Origin: a virus
DNA length: 13,965 nucleotides
Strand: one strand, 5' to 3'
UHGV virus genome: UHGV-0234484
A model generated the notes under the pieces. That model ran no database searches and was not told the DNA's origin. It was given only the letters and a program-made list of their open reading frames with translations. The translations under genes and the position numbers were made by a program. Positions 1 through 9,443 of the stretch are shown piece after piece (positions within the stretch are counted from its first letter, which is position 1; every line of letters begins with the position of its first letter).

Positions 1-2
1 CC

Positions 3-362
3 AGCATCATCCAGGATAAGGCGAAAAAGGTGTTGGCGCTGAAAGTGGATCCGGAGTCGCCGGAGTCTTTTATGTTACGCCCAAAACGTCACCGCTGGGT
101 TAATGAAAAGTACACGCGCTGGGTTAAGACGCAGCCGTGCGCATGTTGTGGAAAACCTGCTGATGATCCCCACCACCTGATAGGCCACGGTCAGGGGGGA
201 ATGGGTACAAAAGCGCATGACCTTTTTGTGTTGCCTTTGTGCAGAAAGCATCACGACGAGCTGCATGCGGATACCGTGGCATTTGAAGAGAAGTATGGCT
301 CCCAGCTGGAGCTGATATTTCGTTTTATCGATCGCGCACTGGCGATTGGTGTGCTGGCCTGA
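3..362 (+). CDS. nin-region phage protein, DUF968/HNH-like C-terminal domain; 5' end lies outside the window
   Basis: Reading frame is open from the window edge (codons from position 3) to the stop at 360-362; the listed start at 30 is a GTG inside an open frame. The translation carries a Cys/His cluster (CACCGKP...DPHHL...[12 protein letters not shown]) typical of His-Me/HNH-like zinc-binding motifs found in DUF968 proteins, which sit just upstream of Q in lambdoid prophages. Family assignment is from memory. Confidence 0.6.
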   Translation, partial: SIIQDKAKKVLALKVDPESPESFMLRPKRHRWVNEKYTRWVKTQPCACCGKPADDPHHLIGHGQGGMGTKAHDLFVLPLCRKHHDELHADTVAFEEKYGSQLELIFRFIDRALAIGVLA

Positions 363-379
363 TTTTGTGGAGAAAGTTA

Positions 380-763
380 ATGCGTGATATTCAGATGGTT
401 CTTGAACGTTGGGGAGCGTGGGCGGCTAATAATCATGAAGATGTGACCTGGTCGTCCATTGCCGCCGGTTTTAAGGGATTAATTCCTTCAAAAGTAAAAT
501 CTCGCCCGCAATGTTGTGACGATGACGCGATGATCATTTGCGGGTGCATGGCCCGTCTGAAAAAGAACAACAGCGATTTACACGATTTATTAGTAGATTA
601 TTATGTATGTGGTATGACATTCATGTCACTGTCAAGTAAGCATTGCTGCTCGGATGGTTATATCGGGAAAAGGTTACAGAAGGCTGAGGGCATAATTGAA
701 GGGATGTTAATGGCATTAGATATCCGGTTAGATATGGATATCGTTGCTAATAATTCTAATTGA
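380..763 (+). CDS. quuD: late-gene antiterminator Q, small Q family (phage 82 / DLP12 QuuD-like), 127 aa
   Basis: ATG at 380 is preceded by a GGAGA Shine-Dalgarno at 369-373; the six-frame ORF begins at an upstream TTG at 365. The product has Cys-rich zinc-binding patches (CCDDD...CGC, KHCC) and sits between the nin region and the lysis cassette. Recognised from memory as the DLP12-type small Q; not confirmed by search. Confidence 0.75.
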   Translation: MRDIQMVLERWGAWAANNHEDVTWSSIAAGFKGLIPSKVKSRPQCCDDDAMIICGCMARLKKNNSDLHDLLVDYYVCGMTFMSLSSKHCCSDGYIGKRLQKAEGIIEGMLMALDIRLDMDIVANNSN

Positions 764-900
764 TATGCAATTGTTTACTAAAAGTTATTAAAAATGGGGC
801 GTGGAAACGCCCCCAAAATAAAGGGTAATATATAACAGAAGGTTTATATAGTAAGAAGCAAGGTAGTGCTTCTAAATGAAGTGGCTTGAGGGCTCCACTT
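764..900 (+). promoter_or_regulatory. candidate late promoter (pR') and Q-utilisation region downstream of Q
   Basis: AT-rich non-coding stretch immediately after Q and before a + strand hairpin/U-tract at 901-941. In lambdoid phages pR' and qut lie directly downstream of Q. I could not pin down exact -35/-10 hexamers by eye. Confidence 0.3.
787..814 (-). terminator. rho-independent terminator on the minus strand; likely 3' end of the nmpC / IpeX-like transcript
   Basis: Inverted repeat GGGGCG-TGGAAA-CGCCCC at 796-813. On the minus strand the hairpin is followed by AUUUUUAAUAA (complement of 787-795); on the + strand no U-tract follows it. Confidence 0.5.
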
Positions 901-951
901 ATATGTTGCGGAGGCAAAGCCTCCCGCAACATATCTTTTTCGTAAGTCAGA
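789..951 (-). ncRNA. ipeX: IpeX-like regulatory 3' UTR of the porin gene (inhibitor of porin expression)
   Basis: About 160 nt untranslated stretch between the nmpC stop (952) and the minus-strand terminator at 787-814, containing a long near-perfect inverted repeat at 901-934. Published work on DLP12 nmpC and PA-2 lc places ipeX in the UTR between the porin stop codon and its terminator. Positional and structural inference only. Confidence 0.4.
901..941 (+). terminator. hairpin plus U-tract on the + strand downstream of Q (tR'-like candidate)
   Basis: Inverted repeat ATATGTTGCGGAGGC / GCCTCCCGCAACATAT at 901-934 with one bulge, followed by CTTTTT at 935-940. The U-tract is on the + strand only. 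Confidence 0.4.
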
Positions 952-2034
952 TTAGAACTGATAAACCAGACCTACAGCGACGATGTCGTCGGTATCAATA
1001 CCAGCTGTTTTGGTAAACTTACTATCGTCAATTAAGTTGATTTTGTAATCAACAAAAGTGGACATGTTTTTATTAAAGTAGTAAGTAGCACCGACATCGA
1101 CATACTTGACTAAGTCTCGGTCACCATGAACACCAAGGTCTTTACCTTTTGACTGAAGGTAAGCAACAGATGGACGCAGACCGAAGTCAAACTGATATTG
1201 TGCTACTGCTTCAAAGTTTTGTGCTTTGTTTGCAATATGGTTATTACCAAAAACGGTCATATTCTGAGTTTCAGAATATGTGGTAGCCAGATAGATATTG
1301 TTCGCATCATATTTCAGGCCTGCAGCCCATACTTCCGCATTTTTGCCGGAGGCATTGAATTTGCTCTTACCATAGGCGACCTGACCGTCAGTGCGATCTG
1401 ATTTAGCATAGGTTGCACCCACGCCGAATCCTTCATACTCATAAGTAGTGGAGAAACCGAAACCATCACCATTGGCTTCAGTTACGTCAGTGCGGTCATT
1501 TTTACCCTGATACTGAGCAGCAAAGTTCAGGCCATCGACCAGACCAAAGAAGTCGTTGTTACGATAAGTTGCAACACCAGTAGTGCGACCAGTCATGAAC
1601 ACATCTGTTTGGGTCCAGGTATCACCACCGAATTCTGGCAGGACGTCAGTCCACGCACCGATGTCGTATGCTACACCGTAGTTACGGCCGTAATCGATTG
1701 AGCCGTAATCACCAAATTTCAGGCCTGCAAATGCAAGACGGGTTTTGTCTTTGGAAGAACCTTGAGATTCAGCACGGTTGCCTTTGAATTCATATTCCCA
1801 CTGACCGAAACCAGTCAGTTGATCGTTGATTTGGGTTTCACCTTTGAAGCCAAGACGGGCATAAGTAGTATCACCATCATCTGCATCATTAGAGGAGAAG
1901 TAGTGCTTGGCATTAACTTTCCCGTATAGATCCAGCTTGTTACTGTCTTTATTATAAATTTCAGCTGCCTGAGCAGACATCGCCATCAGTACTGATGCAG
2001 CTACAGCAGAAATTGCCACTGTTAATTTTTTCAT
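952..2034 (-). CDS. nmpC: outer-membrane general porin, OmpC/PhoE family (NmpC / Lc / OmpD-like), intact, 360 aa
   Basis: N-terminal signal peptide [23 protein letters not shown] then AEIYNKD; porin-like composition rich in G, Y, D, N; C-terminal ...VGLVYQF ending in Phe, as in beta-barrel OMPs. Sits between Q and the lysis genes, as nmpC does in DLP12. No IS interruption is visible. Confidence 0.85.
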   Translation of the reverse strand: MKKLTVAISAVAASVLMAMSAQAAEIYNKDSNKLDLYGKVNAKHYFSSNDADDGDTTYARLGFKGETQINDQLTGFGQWEYEFKGNRAESQGSSKDKTRLAFAGLKFGDYGSIDYGRNYGVAYDIGAWTDVLPEFGGDTWTQTDVFMTGRTTGVATYRNNDFFGLVDGLNFAAQYQGKNDRTDVTEANGDGFGFSTTYEYEGFGVGATYAKSDRTDGQVAYGKSKFNASGKNAEVWAAGLKYDANNIYLATTYSETQNMTVFGNNHIANKAQNFEAVAQYQFDFGLRPSVAYLQSKGKDLGVHGDRDLVKYVDVGATYYFNKNMSTFVDYKINLIDDSKFTKTAGIDTDDIVAVGLVYQF

Positions 2035-2460
2035 TGTACGCCCTTTTTTTTGAACTATTATTAAAAAATGATGTCACTGCGCGATAAATATTCATCTAAT
2101 CAATGCGATTATTTCAAGATGTAAGTTTTAGTTTCTCATTTAATTTGTGAAGTAGATCTCTATTTTTATCTAAACCTTTTCTATCTAATCCTATTCATGG
2201 CTCTTGTTTGAACGAAAATAAATCTATTAGCTAATTTATATTAATGGCACTTATTTATAAGAGATCTATAATTCTTTAGCTTAATTTAAACAAACTAAAA
2301 ATAACATCGGAAATTATTCATTGGTTATTTGTTGAAGTTTTCTTATGTATTTGTGGTGGTGTTTTGAACACTCGGTGGCATTCTCACAAATATCATTTAG
2401 TAGTTTACGTACGTAAAAAATTGGTTATGCTGTTAAGAGTGGTTACTTCGTCACACAGCT
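2035..2460 (-). promoter_or_regulatory. AT-rich upstream regulatory region and promoter of the porin gene
   Basis: About 420 bp of very AT-rich non-coding DNA directly upstream of the nmpC start at 2034, with AAGGG about 6 nt before the ATG as an RBS. No ORF of 60 aa or more in any frame. Exact promoter elements not resolved. Confidence 0.4.
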
Positions 2461-2461
2461 T

Positions 2462-2494
2462 AAACCCGCCGTCGAGCGGGTTTTTCCATTTTTT
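2462..2494 (+). terminator. rho-independent terminator on the + strand, about 130 bp upstream of the holin
   Basis: AAACCCGC-CGTCGA-GCGGGTTT stem-loop at 2462-2484 followed by TTCCATTTTTT. No U-tract on the opposite strand. Confidence 0.55.
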
Positions 2495-2623
2495 GAGTCT
2501 CGATATTAGCTGATAACCCAATACCTGAGTTATTCACTGACTCCGAATCTGTTACGTTTCTGCCTTTATTGCGATACGTAGTATCCCCTTAATTTACACC
2601 CGCTTTGTCTGCGAGGTGGGGTT

Positions 2624-2839
2624 ATGAAATCCATGGATAAGTTAACAACGGGTGTCGCCTATGGCACCTCAGCAGGTAGTGCCGGATACTGGTTTTTACA
2701 GCTGCTAGATAAAGTCACGCCCTCACAGTGGGCGGCAATTGGAGTGCTGGGTAGCCTGGTATTTGGCCTGCTGACGTACCTGACAAACCTTTATTTCAAG
2801 ATTAAAGAAGATAAGCGCAAGGCTGCGAGAGGTGGATAA
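2624..2839 (+). CDS. essD: pinholin, phage 21 S21 class, with dual-start motif (Met1 antiholin / Met4 holin), 71 aa
   Basis: Begins MKSMDK (two Met codons three codons apart), then a Gly/Ala-rich TM1 ([15 protein letters not shown]), a second TM ([18 protein letters not shown]) and a charged C-terminus [22 protein letters not shown] Shine-Dalgarno at 2612-2620. Closely matches my memory of S21/EssD. Confidence 0.9.
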
Positions 2840-3336
2840 TGCCTCCATCATTACGAAAAGCTGTTGCTGCTGCTATTGGTGGCGGGGCTATTGCTATAGC
2901 ATCTGTGTTAATCACTGGCCCAAGTGGTAACGATGGTCTGGAAGGTGTGAGACATAATCCTTACAAAGACATAGTTGGTGTATGGACTGTATGTTACGGG
3001 CATACAGGAAAAGACATCATTCCCGGTAAAACGTATACCGAAGCAGAGTGCAAAGCCCTCCTGAATAAAGACCTTGCCACTGTCGCCAGACAAATTAACC
3101 CGTACATCAAAGTCGATATACCGGAAACAACGCGCGGCGCTCTTTACTCGTTCGTCTACAACGTGGGTGCTGGCAATTTCAGAACATCGACGCTTCTTCG
3201 CAAAATCAACCAGGGCGATATCAAAGGCGCATGTGACCAGCTACGTCGCTGGACATACGCTGGCGGTAAGCAATGGAAAGGGCTGATGACTCGCCGTGAG
3301 ATTGAGCGTGAAGTCTGTTTGTGGGGGCAGCAATGA
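2839..3336 (+). CDS. rrrD: SAR endolysin (signal-anchor-release lysozyme, R21 / RrrD-like), 165 aa
   Basis: N-terminal weakly hydrophobic Gly/Ala-rich SAR segment ([20 protein letters not shown]) then a T4-lysozyme-like catalytic region with E-8aa-D-5aa-T spacing ([17 protein letters not shown]). Start ATG overlaps the holin stop (TAATG at 2837-2841). Confidence 0.9.
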   Translation: MPPSLRKAVAAAIGGGAIAIASVLITGPSGNDGLEGVRHNPYKDIVGVWTVCYGHTGKDIIPGKTYTEAECKALLNKDLATVARQINPYIKVDIPETTRGALYSFVYNVGAGNFRTSTLLRKINQGDIKGACDQLRRWTYAGGKQWKGLMTRREIEREVCLWGQQ

Positions 3337-3797
3337 GCAGGTTAACCGCGATTATCTCCGCTCTGGTTATCTGCATCATCGTCTGTCTGTCATGGGCTGT
3401 TAATCATTACCGTGATAACGCCATTACCTATAAAGAACAGCGCGACAAAAATACCAGAGAACTGAAGCTGGCGAACGCGGCAATTACTGACATGCAGATG
3501 CGTCAGCGTGATGTTGCTGCGCTCGATGCAAAATACACGAAGGAGTTAGCTGATGCGAAAGCTGAAAATGATGCTCTGCGTAATGATGTTGCCGTTGGTC
3601 GTCGTCGGTTGCACATCAAAGCAGTCTGTCAGCCAGTGCGTGAAGCCACCACCGCCTCCGGCGTGGGTAATGCAGCCTCCCCCCGACTTACTGACTCCGC
3701 TGAACGGGATTATTTCACCCTCAGAGAACGAATCGACACAGTGACGAAGCAGGTTGGTTATCTGCAGGAATATGTGAAAAGACAATGCGTTCAGTGA
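3333..3797 (+). CDS. rzpD: i-spanin Rz (inner-membrane spanin subunit)
   Basis: ATG at 3333 overlaps the endolysin TGA (ATGA). N-terminal TM helix ([20 protein letters not shown]) followed by a coiled-coil-like periplasmic domain. The listed ORF start at 3321 is an upstream GTG. Confidence 0.85.
   Translation: MSRLTAIISALVICIIVCLSWAVNHYRDNAITYKEQRDKNTRELKLANAAITDMQMRQRDVAALDAKYTKELADAKAENDALRNDVAVGRRRLHIKAVCQPVREATTASGVGNAASPRLTDSAERDYFTLRERIDTVTKQVGYLQEYVKRQCVQ
3553..3744 (+). CDS. rzoD: o-spanin Rz1 (outer-membrane lipoprotein), embedded in the +1 frame of Rz
   Basis: Entirely inside Rz in another frame. Lipoprotein signal with lipobox ([14 protein letters not shown]) followed by a proline-rich mature region ([14 protein letters not shown]), the Rz1 hallmark. 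Confidence 0.85.
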   Translation: MRKLKMMLCVMMLPLVVVGCTSKQSVSQCVKPPPPPAWVMQPPPDLLTPLNGIISPSENESTQ

Positions 3798-3867
3798 CAA
3801 AAAAATCACAATCCGTATCAAAGATGAGTAAAATCTGAACTCATAAACAAATGTTGGATACATATCA

Positions 3868-4425
3868 ATGATACAGGATTGGTTAGATTACCAAAATCTC
3901 GAGACTGCTAAGTCAGCAGCGAGGGCCGCGTGGGAGTCTTTAGAATGGACGAAAATTTCAGCGATTGCCTCTTGGGTTTCTGTAGTGCTCTCTGCAATAA
4001 CCTCAGGCGTAGCTATCTACGCAATGGGTACTTGGAAATCACAAGAGAAAGTAAAAGCTAAACGTGAGATCAAAAAAGCAGCAGGTAAGCTGTATGTAGA
4101 AGTAGGGCTAATGCCACAAATATTCACAAGCAAGAATGTTACTAACGGTCAGGTTGTTTCCAAGTCACCTAATTTTGAAGTGTTGGCTAGCCAAAAAAAT
4201 CAAGGCTATATTGATGAATGGTTAATGCACGAAAAGTTATCGGAACTGTATTTACAGCTCAAATACTTGGGGTATGCCGTAGTTGATGATCTGACTAGCG
4301 CCCAAAAAGATGCGCTAAACGGTTTGGATACACATTTTCAAAATTATTATTCTTACACCGAAAGTAAGGTGAATTTTGAAAAATCTTTAAAGGATTTTTT
4401 GGATAAGATGGACATCTATAAATAG
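3868..4425 (+). CDS. hypothetical membrane-anchored protein, 185 aa, low-GC accessory (moron) gene
   Basis: Clean ORF in lower-GC, AT-rich sequence between the spanins and cos. Predicted single TM segment around residues 29-53 (ISAIASWVSVVLSAITSGVAIYAMG) followed by a Lys-rich stretch and a roughly 130-aa soluble domain. Followed by a terminator. I do not recognise the family. Confidence 0.6.
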   Translation: MIQDWLDYQNLETAKSAARAAWESLEWTKISAIASWVSVVLSAITSGVAIYAMGTWKSQEKVKAKREIKKAAGKLYVEVGLMPQIFTSKNVTNGQVVSKSPNFEVLASQKNQGYIDEWLMHEKLSELYLQLKYLGYAVVDDLTSAQKDALNGLDTHFQNYYSYTESKVNFEKSLKDFLDKMDIYK

Positions 4426-4442
4426 TCAAATCCTATCGGTAA

Positions 4443-4466
4443 GCCGCCTCCGGGCGGTTTTTTATT
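4443..4466 (+). terminator. rho-independent terminator after the 185-aa ORF
   Basis: CCGCC-TCCG-GGCGG stem-loop at 4444-4457 followed by TTTTTTATT, 18 nt after the stop at 4425. Confidence 0.5.
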
Positions 4467-4504
4467 GCCATCACAATGGGCAGGCCCATCGTAACGGCAG
4501 TATC

Positions 4505-4831
4505 TTATATACACCAATGACATCTCTGGATGGTTGGCAGTCCTGTTAGTTGGCCTGCGGTGGACTCGGCCTCGTCAAGCGTAAGAACACATACTTTTTG
4601 GTATCGGCCAGTAGTAAAGCTGGCGTGATTTTTAGGACTGATTAATGGGTTGATTGATTTGCATGAGGCTCGATGAATCCGCGTAAATCTGGCATCACTT
4701 TTTCTGCCTTTCCCGCTGGCCGACTTAAGCAGATTAATAACGAATCCATCGGAATGGGTCGCTAGCCAACTCTTGTACATCGCTTCGCTATCAACATCCT
4801 GTATTTCACTGCTGAAAATAGTAATGCCCAT
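4505..4831 (-). CDS. hypothetical protein, 108 aa, convergent with the 185-aa ORF
   Basis: Minus-strand ORF with ATG at 4829-4831 and TAA at 4505-4507, preceded on its own strand by an AT-rich stretch and GGAAAAAAT before the ATG. Product ends ...QRCHWCI and contains HRASCKS. No recognisable family. It occupies the position where lambda carries bor, but the sequence is unrelated to Bor as I remember it. Confidence 0.45.
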   Translation of the reverse strand: MGITIFSSEIQDVDSEAMYKSWLATHSDGFVINLLKSASGKGRKSDARFTRIHRASCKSINPLISPKNHASFTTGRYQKVCVLTLDEAESTAGQLTGLPTIQRCHWCI

Positions 4832-4989
4832 ATTTTTTCCGTATATGACTAACTGATATGAATATGTATCAGGACTATTTTATGGCAAAACCAGAGTAGA
4901 AGGCCATTGGGTCCGGAGTGTTGATGTGAACAAATTACCCCCCCCTCTAAGTGTAATTGATATGTATTATCATTTTCGGGTCCTTTCCG

Positions 4990-5190
4990 GCGATCCGGAG
5001 CGTTACGGGGCGGAAGGCGCGCGGGTTTTCGCTATTTATGAAAATTTTCCGGTTTAAGGCGTTTCCGTTCTTCTTCGCCGTAACTTAATGTTTTTATTTA
5101 AAACACCCTCTGAAAAGAAAGGAAACGACAGGTGCTGAAAACGAGCTTTTTGGCCTCTGTCGTTTCCTTTCTCTGTTTTTGTCCGTGGAA
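4990..5190 (+). other. cos: cos site (cosQ / cosN / cosB) for terminase-mediated packaging; cosN at about 5008-5019
   Basis: From 5020 onward the sequence (CGCGGGTTTTCGCTATTTATGAAAATTTTCCGGTTTAAGGCGTTTCCGTTCTTCTTCG...) matches my memory of the lambda left end (cosB with R3/I1/R2/R1) almost base for base, up to the nu1 ATG at 5197. The 12 nt just before it read GGGCGGAAGGCG, against lambda cosN GGGCGGCGACCT. Confidence 0.8.
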
Positions 5191-5196
5191 TGAACA

Positions 5197-5716
5197 ATGG
5201 AAGTCAACAAAAAGCAGCTGGCTGACATTTTCGGCGCGAGTATCCGTACCATTCAGAACTGGCAGGAGCAGGGAATGCCCGTTCTGCGGGGTGGTGGCAA
5301 GGGTAATGAAGTGCTTTATGACTCTGCCGCCGCCATAAAATGGTATGCCGAAAGGGATGCTGAAATTGAGAACGAAAAGCTGCGCCGGGAAGTTGAAGAA
5401 CTGCGGCAGGCCAGCGAGACAGATCTCCAGCCAGGGACTATTGAGTACGAACGCCATCGACTTACGCGTGCGCAGGCCGACGCACAGGAGCTGAAAAATG
5501 CCAGAGACTCCGCTGAAGTGGTGGAAACCGCATTCTGTACTTTCGTGCTGTCGCGGATCGCAGGTGAAATTGCCAGTATTCTCGACGGGATCCCCCTGTC
5601 GGTGCAGCGGCGTTTTCCGGAACTGGAAAACCGACATGTTGATTTCCTGAAACGGGATATCATCAAAGCCATGAACAAAGCAGCCGCGCTGGATGAACTG
5701 ATACCGGGGTTGCTGA

Positions 5717-5742
<26 letters not shown>
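5197..5742 (+). CDS. nu1: terminase small subunit Nu1, 181 aa
   Basis: MEVNKKQLADIFGASIRTIQNWQEQGMPVLRGGGKGNEV... corresponds to lambda gpNu1 (winged helix-turn-helix N-terminus) at the same length and the same distance from cos. Confidence 0.95.

Positions 5743-9423
<3,681 letters not shown>

Positions 9424-9443
<20 letters not shown>

Noticed and set aside
764-951. Possible tRNA gene downstream of Q, as in some Stx phages
   Set aside because: No cloverleaf-compatible arrangement was seen. The two inverted repeats are simple hairpins without acceptor-stem/T-arm architecture and fit terminator or UTR structures better.
1198-1401. 67-aa + strand ORF inside the porin gene
   Set aside because: Antisense to the porin gene; short, Cys/Phe-rich, with no Shine-Dalgarno.
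2035-2620. Possible insertion sequence or CRISPR-like repeats in the AT-rich intergenic region
   Set aside because: No terminal inverted repeats, no transposase ORF and no regularly spaced direct repeats. The region reads as an AT-rich promoter or regulatory leader. Notably there is no IS5 in or near the porin gene.
2908-3286. Small ORFs (2908-3093 minus, 3074-3286 plus) inside the endolysin gene
   Set aside because: Off-frame or antisense within the conserved SAR endolysin.
3546-3863. 105-aa minus-strand ORF antisense to Rz/Rz1
   Set aside because: The region is already doubly coding on the + strand (Rz and Rz1). A third antisense gene is implausible without evidence, and the translation is low complexity (GGGGG, PP runs mirrored from Rz1).
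4832-4990. Short ORF (MAKPE, about 4883-4900) and a C7 run upstream of cosN
   Set aside because: Too short to call and lacking context. More likely non-coding sequence between the accessory gene and cos (the cosQ vicinity).
5098-5637. 179-aa minus-strand ORF spanning cosB and nu1, plus the 5132-5338 and 5316-5678 ORFs
   Set aside because: They overlap the conserved cos site and Nu1 coding sequence. cosB is a protein-binding site, not coding, and Nu1 is strongly supported on the + strand.
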